In this document: in pieces, positions 1 through 15,351 of the stretch
Numbering within the stretch: position 1 is the first letter of the stretch
Layout: the number at the start of each line of letters is the position of its first letter
Assembly (NCBI GenBank): GCA_964016885.1
Contig: OZ024740.1
Coordinates: 349,184,001 to 349,248,000, forward strand
Length of the DNA stretch: 64,000 nt
Source: Eledone cirrhosa
Taxonomy: Eukaryota
Direction: 5' to 3'
Notes under the pieces: model-generated
What the model saw: the letters and a program-made list of their open reading frames with translations, nothing else
Told to the model about the DNA's origin: nothing
Databases searched by the model: none
Made by a program: the position numbers and the translations under genes

Positions 1-78
1 TTCTTCGGCCCAGATCTTTTCCCAGAATTCTTGCACTTCCTCCTTGGGCGGTATTGAATTAGCTGTTATTGTTGACTT
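1..78 (-). mobile_element. 5'-truncated end of an R4/Dong-like LINE copy continuing left of the window
   Basis: Near-identical reverse complement of about 5687-5763 inside the Dong-like element (ggaggaagtgcaagaattctgggaaaagatctgggccgaagaa). Confidence 0.8.
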
Positions 79-504
79 GCTGGGGATAAAATCTGCACTA
101 GTAATCTATTAAGAAAAATCGAAAATGTAAACACTGCAACACTTGTCTCAGAGAAAAAACATTAGCGTAACCAAACTATCAGTTATTTCGAAACAAAGAA
201 ATTGGATGGACATGAAAAACAAAAATAAAAAATGCGTTATCTGTCTGTCGTTTAAAATCATTGCTTCTAAATGAAAATCTCATAAGGCTTTATGCTTTTT
301 TTACAAAATATGTGCTTGTTTTGCGGTGTATTCAAATAGGCTTGTTTTCAAGTAAAAATATTGTTTTAAAAGACTTTTTAATGGAAATGAAGCAAAATGG
401 AAGCTTAATGTTGAAATTTTGAACTCATAAATTTTGCAGGTTAAAATTTTGCTGACCCGAAAGATCGTGTATTTTTGAACTTTTGCACGCGTTAATTATT
501 CGTA

Positions 505-1034
505 ACGTAAATAGATAAACAAATGACGTGATAAAAGGGAAATAATTCGTCTCTCATCTCTATTTATACTTTTGAACTGAAAAATCAATACATTACAAAT
601 TCGACTTCTGCACTTGGCGTGGGTCGATTTGAAAATATTTTTGACCGATGTCTCCGCCGGACCTTCATCTATAAGTGTAGCAATTTCACTGAAATTTGAA
701 CGTACGGTTTAGGGTGAGATGTGTGCCGATCGTTTTAGTAGACAGACAGACAGACAGACAACCTCAGTTTTATATATATAGACGTAAATAGATAAACAAA
801 TGACGCGAAGGCTACGGAAATAACTCGTCTCTCATCTCTATTTATACATTTGAACTGAAAAATCAATACATGACAAATTCGATTTTTGCACTTGGCGTGG
901 GTCGATTTGAAAATATTTTTGACTGATGTCTCCGCCGGACCTTCATCTATAAGTGTAGCAATTTCACTGAAATTTGAACGTACGGTTTAGGAGGAGATGT
1001 GTGCCGACCGTTTTAGTAGACAGACAGACAGACA
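505..1034. repeat. Tandem duplication of a ~277 bp unit ending in (GACA)n; resembles non-autonomous Helitron/Lep1-like repeats
   Basis: acgtaaatagataaacaaatgacg starts at 505 and again at 782. Both units end in gacagacagacag, the first followed by ttttatatatatag. The family label rests on resemblance only. Confidence 0.6.
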
Positions 1035-4090
<3,056 letters not shown>

Positions 4091-4202
4091 TAAAAGGAAT
4101 TCCAACTTTGTCTGACTTACTCGTTTTATTTACAATCGTTTAAAATTTATAATGGTATTAGAATGAAATAGTATGGTAGAATATTAAATGTTAAGTGTTA
4201 AT

Positions 4203-4241
4203 TGAACAAGTACTTTCATGGTCTCGAAATCTTCAGGTTCA
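4203..4241 (-). ncRNA. Degenerate type I hammerhead in a short PLE-end relic
   Basis: Minus strand tgaac-CTGAAGA-tttcgagaccat-GAAA-gtac-TT-gttca. Stem I is perfect but stem II is damaged. Confidence 0.5.
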
Positions 4242-4319
4242 TATTCTGTGGTGAGAGTCAAGTTTGCAATTTTCAACAGTTGAAAATTGCAAACTTGCTT
4301 TTAATATTATAATCTACTA

Positions 4320-4527
4320 GGGCGCTGAATTGGCAGTATCGGTAGAGGGTCGGACGCCATGCTTTCCAGTTATGTCCCTTTACAATCTGAGTTACGTCCT
4401 TTACAATCTGAGTTCAAATCCTGCCGAGGTTGACTTTGCCTTTCATCCTTACGGGGTCGATAAAATAAAGTACCAGTAATGCACTGGGTAATTGCTGGCC
4501 TTGTGCCTAACGTAGAAACAATTATTA
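4320..4527 (+). mobile_element. tRNA-derived SINE (octopus-type, Meta-domain-like)
   Basis: A-box-like tggcagtatcgg, B-box gagttcaaatcc, core gactttgcctttcatccttacggggtcgataaaataaagtaccag, (att)n end. Four more copies in the window. Confidence 0.8.
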
Positions 4528-4589
4528 TAATCTTCTATACACAATCATACATACCCGTGTATATTTAACTATATATATATATATTAATG

Positions 4590-4654
<65 letters not shown>

Positions 4655-4655
<1 letters not shown>

Positions 4656-5503
4656 CTTTCTTTATTAACCACAAGGGTTTACATAAAGTAGACATTAAGG
4701 ACAGTACAGGACAATACAGGACGGTACAAATGGGCATTTCTGCGTGTAAAAAAAACAAAGAGTATAATAAAAAAAATAACAATGAAAAATTCCCCAATAG
4801 GGAGGAGACTTCCGAGGGACATTTGTGGAGAAAGCCCATTAAAAGGCCACAGTGACCCTGACCACAAGAGCAAGTGCCCTCTCCCAGTTTTCCATCTTTA
4901 ATTTACAGACACATACTCAGAGTAGGCCCATTCACTCGGGTCATTCTTGCCTCTCTCACCCATCTTTCAACAAAATGCTGGGAAGAGAGCATTTCCCTTT
5001 CTACCCTGATTTTCCTTTTTAAATGAAATTTGAAAAAGTTAATCAGGGCATCACCGAAGAGATAAGTGCTCGTCTTCAGCCCTTTCAAACGTGTTCACCA
5101 TACTATCTCTTTCGCCATGGCCACCAGACAGATAAAAACTGCCTGCCCTTCCCGGCTAAAGGAAGAGGGCGGGGCAATCCTCACGATGGATTCAGCTGAT
5201 AGCCGGATCCGTCCTACACGCGTCAGTAAGCAGGTGTTCGACATAAACCCACAAGTCAGCAATTCTCGGACACTGGACGAGTGCGTGCAGGACGTTTCGT
5301 CGCCCTGCGCGCATCTCGGTAGCACTGCCAGGCCAGGGATTTCTGGAAGTAGTCCATAGGCCCCGGCCCGAAAGTTCTTCCGAAGAGATTGGTTAGTTGA
5401 TTTTCGTCGAGGCCTAGAGTTTCCCCAAGTACGTCGTCGCTCTTCCCCTCCACTAATCCTATATAGAACACCGAGGTGGAGTTTCCACCGATCACATTGC
5501 CCG
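4655..5503 (-). mobile_element. Tx1-like (L1 clade) LINE 3' fragment inserted in (TAA)n
   Basis: Minus-strand frames give KSLAWQCY, PRCAQGDET..HALVQCP (damaged CCHC knuckle), AKEIVW.TR and FVERW stop. The 3' UTR ends aataaagaaagc then (TTA)n. TAA runs at 4591-4654 and 5504-5589. Confidence 0.7.
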
Positions 5504-5589
<86 letters not shown>

Positions 5590-8247
5590 GCTGCTCGTAT
5601 AAGGCGCTTTGAAAAACGATCTAGATTCTATAAGGACAATAATATGTTCAAAAACAACCAAAGAAACTTCTACAGAAAAATTGGTAAGTCAACAATAACT
5701 GCTAAATCAATACCACCCAAGGAGGAAGTGCAAGAATTCTGGGAAAAGATCTGGGCCGAAGAAAAAGTTCATAACATACATGCCCCATGGACAGACAGAC
5801 AAATGAAAGATACAGCTCACCTTGAGGAACAAATATGGGAAAATATAACAGTTAAACAGTTGCGCTTGGCTCTAAGAAAGACCAGCAAATGGAAATCCCC
5901 AGGAAAAGACAAAATACAAAATTGTTGGATAAATGCCTTCACAGAGTCTCAAGCTGTTAGCCCAACTTTACAATGAAATAGTTAAGGAGCCAGAAAAGAT
6001 GCCATCATGTCTAGTTAACGGCATTACATTCCTGCTTCCGAAGAATGATGAGACAAACAATCCCAAAAATTACAGACCGATAACTTTCTTGACCACAATT
6101 TATAAAATTTTAACATCAGTTCTAACTGAATATACATATGACGACCTGATAACAAATGACCTATTTCCCATTGAGCAGAAAGGGTGTAAACGAGGCTCAT
6201 ATGGCTGTAAGGATCAGCTTTTGGTTAACAAAATGATACTGGAAGATTGCTTGGATAGATTATAACAAAGCATTCGATAGTTTGCCACACAGTTGGATTG
6301 AAAAATGTTTAGAGATTTTCAAAATATCTCCCGTTGTCAGGAGGTTTTTGTCATTCAGTATTAAGACATGGAAAACGACACTCCTCTTGAATAGTGAAAC
6401 AAAATCACTGGAAGCTGGAGAAGTTAATATTAATTGTGAAATTTTTCAGGGTGATTCTTTATCACCGCCTTTATTCTGCATCGCACTTATAACATTAAGT
6501 AAAATGCTCAATGAAACAAAACATGGATATAAAGTCTATGACAAAACCATTAATCACTTGTTATACATAGATGACCTGAAACTATTTGCAAAAAATGATG
6601 AACAATTGCAAGGGCTATTATCCACTGTGGAGCAGTTCAGTGATGACATTAAAATGGAGTTTGGACTAGATAAATGCGCCAAAGCAACGTTCACCAGAGG
6701 AAAGCTGCTGAAAAGTTCAGACATTAGTCTTGATCGGGGGAATATGATAAGAGAACTTGATCAAGAGGAAACTTACAAATAACTAGGTGTTTGTGAAGGA
6801 GACGAAATCAAGCACTCGACAATGAGGGAAAGGATAAGGAAGGAATGTTACCGCAGAGTAAGAGCAATCTTAAGAACGGAATTGAATGCAAGGAATAGGA
6901 TCGATGCCATAAACACGCTTGCCATACCAGTAGTAACCTACAGTTACAATGTCATCAGCTGGTCAAGCACAGAGATCCGTAAGCTCGATACAAAAATTCG
7001 AAAATTCTTAACCATGCACAGAATGCATCACCTTAAGGCAGATACAGATAGAATATATCTCCCTAGGAAAGAAGGAGGACGTGGGTTAATCCAGTTAGAC
7101 ATTGCGTTGAAAACTGCAACAATTGGATTATCTACATATCTAAGGGAATCACATGATTGGATGATCAAACTCGTTTTGAAACACGAAAGCATCAAAAGAT
7201 CATACTCCATTACAAAAGATGCACAAAGATACAATAATGGACTACAAATTTCAGAAGTCCCATTTACTGCTGAAATGGAAAACACAGAAAAAGCAAAGCA
7301 GGTAAAAGTAACTGCAAAGAAAGAACTGCTACAGAAACTGGCTAAGAAATGGCAAGAAAAGCCTCTGTATGGAAAATACCCAGAACGAGCTAACAATCCT
7401 GATGTTGACAAAACTTTAACCCATCAGTGGTTGGCATCCTCTGGACTGAAATCGGAGACTGAAGGACTGATTATATCAGCACAAGATCAGTGTCTGCTAA
7501 CAAAAAATTACCAAGCCAATATAATAAAAAGTGGATGCAGCCCATTATGCCGTGTATGTAAAAAACAACCAGAAACCATTGACCATATAATTTCAATGTG
7601 CAGTCCTATAGCTCCAACCGAATACCTAAACAGGCATGACAGAGCTGCACAATACATACATTGGATAATGTGTAAGCATTTTGATCTTCCCCCATCAAAA
7701 GAATTGGTGGGAGCATCAACCACCTCCCATACTTGAAAAAGATCACATCTCAATCTTGTGGAAACAGACCGAAAAATAGATGCAAATAGACCTGATATAA
7801 TATTGAAGGACTTTAAAATGTGAGTATGCCTGCTAATTGATATGTCCGTTCCAATAGACAAGAATGTATCTATAAAAACATTTGAAAAATTGAGCAAGTA
7901 TAAGGACCTGGAGATAGAAATTGGAAAAATGTGGAAATTGAGAACTAAAACAATACCAGTGGTTGTAGGCGCTCTAGGAATGATACCTAAGGGGTCTAAT
8001 GATTACTTATCGCAAATCCCAGGAAACCCGCGTATAGGAGAAATACAAAAGATAGTACTAATGGGAACTGCCCATATACTAAGGAAGATTCTGTCAATAT
8101 AAGTACATCACAAGTCTAAACACCTAAAGATGCATGTGTGAGTATGTATGCTCTTTCTTGAACATGGCGGACCTTGTTGTCTCTTGAGGTCACTGGTTGT
8201 GACTTGGTGATAACACGTATGAACATAAAGCAAGATAAATGCAGCTG
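5590..8247 (+). mobile_element. R4/Dong-clade non-LTR retrotransposon, 5'-truncated, frameshifted (RT, CCHC, restriction-like endonuclease)
   Basis: KWKSPGKDKI, PKNYRPIT, EQKGCKRGSYGCKDQL, FQGDSLSP, YIDDLKL, CRVC-x8-H-x4-C, YLNRHD, NRPDII..IDMSVP..K..KY. (TAA)n on both sides, the known Dong target. Confidence 0.9.
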
Positions 8248-8272
8248 TAATAATAATAATAATAATAATAAT

Positions 8273-8441
8273 GCTTTTTTTATTAACCACAAGGGTTTAC
8301 ATAAAGTAGACATTAAGGACAGTACAGGACAATACAGGACGGTACAAATGGGCATTTCTGCGTGTAAAAAACAAAAACAGAGGATGTAATAAAAAAAATA
8401 ACAATGAAAAATTCCCCAATAGGGGGGAGACTTCGGAGGGA
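8273..8441 (-). mobile_element. Second short 3' fragment of the Tx1-like LINE in (TAA)n
   Basis: Near-identical to 4655-4820 and bounded by TAA runs 8248-8272 and 8444-8464. Confidence 0.8.
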
Positions 8442-8566
8442 TTTAATAATAATAATAATAATAAATTTGAGTTTCAGAAGATCCCGTTAAGGGTGAAAGC
8501 AGCGATTCTTTGCTTAAACTTTAATCTGTTATTTTAATAAATGTATATATATACACACACACACAT

Positions 8567-8637
<71 letters not shown>

Positions 8638-8640
<3 letters not shown>

Positions 8641-8930
8641 GTTGACGGACCCAGCATATTTATCAATGCCAGTACCGGTTGTAACTCAGCGCACTCAATG
8701 GGCAATGTAAGATACACTACCAGAGTATACACATAGTTATTTGCCTCAACACAACACACCTAAAACGGTTGCCTATAAGGTTCCTGGACTCGAGTTTCTG
8801 CAGCACTATTGCAGCAGTAAGGTGCACTTCACCATCTGTCTGCATATATTATGCAACAATGCACAATCGGCTTATGCGGCTTCATCAGCGGGTATCGCCT
8901 AATCAATAACCAATCGATCGACATAATCCA
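8638..8930 (-). mobile_element. PLE-end/retrozyme-like repeat with degenerate hammerhead (8783-8892); second copy 21293-21583
   Basis: Two diverged copies next to (TA)n. Their minus-strand consensus gives cccg-CTGATGA-agccgca...tgtggcc-GAAA-ctcgag-TC-cggg. Confidence 0.6.
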
Positions 8931-9857
8931 AACAGCGGCCCGTGCCGGTCATGACTGTTTGTGACAACCGACACGCTAAAGCGATTAACTGGCAACCGAT
9001 AGGACTTTATCTCTCAACTACCCACTGATTTATAAATTTTACGTGGGGACGGGAAGCTAAAAAGAATCAATCTATTAGTTCCTGTCAGAAGACTCAGCCA
9101 ACGTGTCTCACACAAATTATCAAGGGGTGAAAAGATGGCTATTAGAAATAGCAGTTCAATATATACCTAGTTTTATGCCTGCCTTATACTTGGAAATGGG
9201 GGCCTCTGCTGTATATATATATGCACTTGTGCGTACATATATATATACACACCTGTATCGATTTGTGTTTGTAGATGTGTGTGTGTCTGAGGGGGTAGGT
9301 GTGAGTGTATGTACAAGTCAACCAACATAAGTCCTTTTATTTCTAAACTTTCTAAGTATTTGACTCTAACCATTATTTTCAGTATTACCACCCCACATTA
9401 ATTCCTCAATTTGTATGTGTGGGTGTGTGTGTGTGTCTGTGGAGGTGGGTGGAGTGTATGTGCAAGTCAACCTACATAAGTCTTTTTATTTGTAAATGTT
9501 CTAGTAGTCTACTCTAACCATAATTTTCAGTAGCACCACTCCACATAAATTCCTCAATTTAAGAATGACCTGTAGTATCTATTTCATACTATTAACCTTA
9601 ATTGAATATATATCTGACCAGGAATGCTTTTTGTGAAAATCAGTCATATGGAACTATTGTCATCTTGCCTGATGGTTTGAACTTTACAACACCACCTGCC
9701 TCTTTGAGGTCAAATACCAACCCAACTAGCATCTACAAACTGACCAATGAGAATTAAGACTATTCCGGCTGACAACGTTAAATTATTCCTAACAAGCTCA
9801 TATGTCCCAAGGCTCTGATACCATCAACACAGAGCTGGCATATCTAAGAACTGACTA

Positions 9858-9913
9858 ACTGCCTGATGAGGTCATAGCCATTCAATGGCTATCATCGAAA
9901 TATATATAGCAGT
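9858..9913 (+). ncRNA. Minimal type I hammerhead at a PLE-like 3' end (degenerate homolog about 53575-53613)
   Basis: actgc-CTGATGA-ggtcatagcc/ggctatcatc-GAAA-tatata-TA-gcagt, followed by aataaa and (TA)n. Confidence 0.7.
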
Positions 9914-9979
9914 AAATAAAGGATTATGAGTTCATGCAATTGACATATGTTTCGTCACTATATATATATAATATATATA

Positions 9980-10699
9980 TAGTAATAATAATAAAATTGA
10001 AGACTAAAATCCAGAGAGGGCTCGATAAGGAAAATATATATCAAATATATAAGAACCGGAGAGCAAATATTTATTAAAATAACAGATTAAAGTTTAAGCA
10101 AAGAATCGCTGCTTTCACCCTTAACGGGATCTTCTGAAACTAACAAAGTCAATCTGTAAACGCAGAACTGGATATTTCAAAAAACGTTGCAACCGGAGGA
10201 AGACAGGAAGACGATACTTTGGTTCATGGTGACGTTCGCTGGCAAAGAACGGGAAAAAACGAATAATACGTCATTAATAGGAGCGGTGAAAAACAATTAC
10301 GTGCAAGAACAGAACCACGTTTATGGTATAAAAGAGGTCGTAGACTAATGTTCTCTAAGTGGTGCATAGAGACGTTCTCTGGCAATGAACGAAAAAACGA
10401 AGATAATAAGTCATATGTGGAGCGTGGAGAACAATAGCGTGCAAAGACAAAACCACGTAAATGGTATAGCAGAAGTCGTAGACTAAAATTCTAACTAGGA
10501 GACCCCGAATGAATCTCCGCTACAGAGTTAAGAACAAAGCAAATAAATACAATACAGACGTAATAGGAACAAATAAATACATACACGCAAACAGATACGT
10601 ACATACACAAGCATACGCATAACTTGTTAGTTTCAGAAGATCCCGTTAAGGGTGAAAGCAGCGATTCTTTGCTTAAACTTTAATCTGTTATTTTAATAA

Positions 10700-10700
<1 letters not shown>
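9980..10700. mobile_element. Inverted terminal-repeat fragments of the PLE at 53850-57316 (others at 8460-8540, 32630-32800)
   Basis: About 10070-10500 is the reverse complement of about 56880-57316. 10625-10700 is the same end in plus orientation. Confidence 0.8.
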
Positions 10701-10756
<56 letters not shown>

Positions 10757-10761
<5 letters not shown>

Positions 10762-12255
10762 AAACTTGGACGGGAACAAAAACAGAGAGGCAGTAGGTTC
10801 ACGCTCTTGAGATTGGGGGGAACGACGTTTCGGGCATAAGCCCTTCATCAGGAGAAAAGTGGGTAGGAGGAGAGTTCCGAGGGTCTGTGGGGGAGTGGTG
10901 GAGGGACATTTAGAAAAAAGTGAGGGTAGAAATAAACGGTGGAAGGGGTACAAATAAAAATAAACATAAAGATAAACAAGTGGTGGAAGGGTGTGAGGCG
11001 TGTAGGGATGGTGGCGGGTGGAATAGGGAAAGGGAGGCGGGATGTCCGAGCGGGGAGGGCTGAAGTTGGTGTATGTGTATGTGTGTAGGTGTACGTGTGT
11101 GTCTGTGCATGTGTATGTGAATGTGAGAGTTGGGGGAAGAACGAAGTTCCATGTTCAGGAAAGGGTGTGTGCGTGGGGTGGAGTGTAGGTCGGTGTGTGC
11201 GTGTGGATAAGGAGGGGTCAGAGGGGTGGGGGGAGGGCGTGTAGATTCCGGAGGCTGAGTGTGTATATGTGGGGATACGCACGTGTGTGTTGGTGTTTAT
11301 ACGTGGTATGGATGCGTGTGGCGTGGTTCGAAAAAAAATTGTGAGTGCATGTTCGTGGGTAAGTTAATAAGGTAATCCCGTGGAGTGTGCGATGAGATGC
11401 TGGATATTTTTCATGTTACGGGGTGGATAGCTGGAACGATAACCGGTGGTGTGAAATCCATAGGTTGTGGTGGTCGGAAGTGGAGAGACTTGGGGTGCGC
11501 GCGCAACAGGAAGTGGTCAAGGGTAAATGCAGGGCGAAGTGATAGCAGCAGAGGAGAATGACAGGTGGAGAAATGGTCAGTGCATGGTGAGGACTGTGTG
11601 TCTGTGTGCGGAGGTGTGGTGGACAGGGGAGAGGATGAGTAGGTGTGAAAGGGGGAGTGGGGGAGGGGCGATGGGGGATGGGGTGTGTATTAGTAGAGGT
11701 GTTAGTGGGATGTGTGTGTGTGAAGGGGTGTAGGTTGAGCGGGGAGAGGGGGAGGAAGAGAAAAGGTGTTGGGGACGGAGGAGGGAGTGTAGTGTACTGG
11801 TGTGTGTGTGCGTGTTTGGATGAGTGTGTGTGTGGTAAAGGGGGTGATAGTGGGTGTTAGTATACTGGTGGTGGGGAAATGGTGGATGCGGGTGTGTAAG
11901 TGGAGGTTAGTGGTGATTGGCTGTGTGGAGTGGGTGGTGTATGTAGGAGTGGGTGGGTGTGAAGGTGTGTGGAGTAAGAGTGCGTGTATATATGTACAGG
12001 TGGGTGTGTGCGTGATAGGGGGAGGGGTGGGGATGTTAGTATTGTTAGTTGGGGGAGGGGGGCCGGGGTGTGTTAGTATTGTTAGTTGTGGGGTGGGCCA
12101 ATGGGGTGCGGCGGTGAGAAGGAGGAGTGTGTTAGTTGTGTTAGTGGGGGATTTGTGTGTGGGGGGAAACAGGGCGGTCGAAGGTTAAAGGAATAGGGAT
12201 GGGGAGTTCAGGCATGGGGGGGGGGTTCTGTAGGTGAAGATGGTGCGTTGTTCGA
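10757..12255 (-). mobile_element. Neptune-like PLE 3' portion (G/T-rich on plus) with terminal hammerhead-like motif
   Basis: Homologous to 42659-44310. Minus strand CTGATGA-a-gggc-ttat-gccc-GAAA-cg-TC at about 10825-10851. Confidence 0.75.
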
Positions 12256-12499
12256 AAAGCATCAGATATCATGTGGATATGATGCTTGCAATACGAAAAT
12301 ATGATTATCAGAATTTGTATTCAGTATGATAGCTAGGTACATTAATCATAATATATAGATATGGTAATATACGGAGCGAACAAACATAGATTCATACATC
12401 GATAACCGAACCCAAATATTAGAATTAAATCCTCAAACTGATGTACTATATGTAACTTAACATTACTCACCAATATATATTATATATATATTATATATA

Positions 12500-13645
12500 T
12501 ATAAGTATATATGTATGTATGTATGTATGTATACGTACATACATATATGTATACAGACGTACAGTAGTATGTATATATATACATACAGGCACACATATAT
12601 ATATGCACGTATCGTTTTACCGAACATTTATTATAATGCTCGGTTTGTTTGTTTGTAAACAAACAAACAGCCCGAATTACGCCGTACAGTGTTTAGGCAA
12701 CCACGTCACCTTTTTGTTCAACACTGACACAGGAACGATGTACTAGTTTCAAGCTTATTAGCTATCGTCAGCATCGTATACTTTCCTGCCAGATGGTTGA
12801 ACGTCTGAAAGTATATACTTTCCTTATGCATATTAACGGCTGAGCAGCCTAATTTGCATATCGAGTGAGTTCAGTCGGCCGGGCACACCGAAAAGGATAA
12901 ATGGAATAAAATGAAACGAAATTTCATTTCTCACTCTTAGTACGGCACTTACTTAAATGTAAGTATGTATGTATGTATACGTACATACATATATGTATAC
13001 AGACGTACAGTAGTATGTATATATATATACATACACGCACACATATATATATGCACGTATCGGTTTGCCGATACGTGCATATATATATACACGTATCGGT
13101 AATATGCACGTACAAACAAACAAACCGAGCATTATAATAAATGTTCGGTAAACCGATACGTGCATATATATATGTGTGTGCATGTATGTATATATATACA
13201 TAATACTGTACGTCTGTATACATATATGTATGTACGTATACATACATTCTTACATTTAAGTAAGTGCCGTACTAAGAGTGAGAAATGAAATTTCGTTTCA
13301 TTCTATTCCATTTATCGTTTTCGGTGCGCTCGGCTCGATATGCAAATTAGGTTGCTCAGCCGTTAATATGCGTAAGGAAAGTATATACTTTCAGACGTTC
13401 AACCATCTGGCAGGAAGGTATACGATGCTGACGATAGCTAATAAGCTTGAAACTAGTACATCGTTCCTGTGTCAGTGTTGAACAAAAAGGTGACGTCGTT
13501 GCCTAAACACTGTACGGCGTAATTCGGGCTGTTTGTTTGTTTACAAACAAACCGAGCATTATAATAAATGTTCGGTAAACCGATACGTGCATATATATAT
13601 GTGTGCATGTATGTATATATATACATACTACTGTATGTCTATACG
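12500..13645. mobile_element. Retrozyme-like non-coding element, family A (~425-440 bp unit), partial tandem plus inverted copies
   Basis: Unit 12520-12960 restarts at 12961 and is mirrored at about 13070-13645. No ORF. Hammerheads at 12735-12777 (-) and 13422-13464 (+). Confidence 0.75.
13422..13464 (+). ncRNA. Minimal type I hammerhead ribozyme (family A)
   Basis: acgatg-CTGACGA-tagct-aata-agctt-GAAA-ctag-TA-catcgt: perfect 6 bp stem I, palindromic ACTAGT stem III, GUA site. Confidence 0.85.
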
Positions 13646-13646
13646 T

Positions 13647-14068
13647 TATACACATACAGCCCATTATCACATGTACCTATATGATTGAGGACTGTCATTT
13701 CAGTATACACTGCCACACATTGGTGATTGTTGCCAGGGTCCTCATAATCACCGCCACACACTACTTCTGCACGTTTTGAAGAGAAGACTGTTGAATCATG
13801 GATAATCCTCAGGCTCCAAAGACAAAGTGAACGTTCATGGACGAGATCAGAGTAAACAGCAGGTGTTTTACTAGTTTCACTAGTTTCTTTCTCTCGTGAC
13901 TGTTGTTTGTTATTTACTGCTTAAGTCATTTCAGCATGTAGAAAAGAATTATTGCCAAAGGTTGCACTGGACAAACTCTCGTTTTCATATTACACATTGG
14001 ATCCGGATTTGTGCCGAAGTCACAATTAAGATATAGTTGACGAGAAGAATGACAATCTGTAAAAGAAG
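13647..14068 (-). pseudogene. IL17: IL-17-like pseudogene, exon 2 (3'-truncated)
   Basis: Aligns with 60210-60646 (LLLQIVILLVNYILIVTSA...DLVHERSLCLW...EVVCGG...HQCVAVYTEMTVLNHIGTCDNGLYVY). A 17 nt deletion creates TGA (13985-13987), there is a TAA at 13921-13923, and the C-terminus is cut by the family A element. Confidence 0.9.
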
Positions 14069-15166
14069 CTGCAATATATAAAATATTAATCGAGATATTG
14101 TTTCATAGTTTTAATATGACATTTATTCAGATAAGATTAGAGAATAATAGTATACTTCAAAACTATATAATTTATAAAAATCAATGCCAGAGACATTTAT
14201 TTATTACACCATATTCGACGACTGATCATGAAAGAGGCCATATATGGTAAAAACTAAACGTTTTTTTTTACAATATATATATGATATAGTGTATATATTT
14301 ATACAATATATATATATGATATAGTGTATATATAGTGTATATATATTTATTATTGTTTAAATTGAAAAGAGCTAACAATAGACGTTAGTGTGTGCATCTG
14401 TTCACATAGGAGGAATGTAGGACAAAATAATCACAAGTATTATAAACAGAGTGGTGGTCTGAGTTGTCATATTTCTGCGAAATTGTAAATATACAATAAT
14501 GTCTACAGTTTAATGAAATAACAGAGAGTGTGACAGAGGCGGAACAAAATTTAAAAACCCTGTAATGATATTTAAAGCTTCATAATTAATGCATACTTTG
14601 TTTTTGTAGAGATGCATTTCAATCAGGGTATAAAGTTTATATTTATTCCTCCGAACACAGTCGATAACTATATTTTCCACATTTGAAGACAATCAAACAA
14701 CTGGATTAAATTATTTTGATATGTAAAACAATATATTTTACAAACAGAAGTTATACAATGATGGAAATATTAAAAAGAGATACAAACAAAATTAAGTAAT
14801 GAAAAAGCAAGAGAGAACGTGTAAAGAAGGGCATATCTGGCTGAATAGGAAAGCAGAAGAAAGATTATAAATGGAATAAATGAGAAGAAAATTAGAGAAA
14901 TAACAAGCACCACGCGAACAATGGCAAACGACACCCGCTGCAACAGCCAACGCAACTCGTGGGGCTGCTTCCTCAGACGGGCGGCTAAGGTTCCGATTTT
15001 TCGGAAGAGTTCGGTTGTACAGAATCCGAGGAGGCCTGAGGTCTAAACGACAACCGGCGCAAAAGGTATATTCTTTCTCACGCCCGTCAATAATACACAC
15101 AAACACATACACATATATATATATATATGTCATATACCATTTGTTGAATCTACATACAATTCATTA

Positions 15167-15350
15167 TTGGCAGTATCGGTAGAGGGTCGGATGCCATGCT
15201 TTGACGCATAGAGTTACAGCCCTTACCATTCTGAGTTCAAATCCCGCCAAGGTTAACTTTGCCTGTCATCCTTACAGGGTCGATAAAATAAAGTACCAGT
15301 AATACACTGGGTATTTGCTGGCCTTGTGCCAAAAGTAGAAACAATTATTA
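15167..15350 (+). mobile_element. tRNA-derived SINE, same family as 4320-4527
   Basis: Direct sequence similarity. Confidence 0.8.
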
Positions 15351-15351
15351 T

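Noticed and set aside
5476-5589. Poly-Asn N-terminus on the Dong ORF
   Set aside because: Read-through of the flanking (AAT)n target, not part of the element.
12500-13645. CRISPR-like array or other prokaryotic system
   Set aside because: No short regularly spaced repeats with unique spacers and no cas-like ORFs; the context is eukaryotic.
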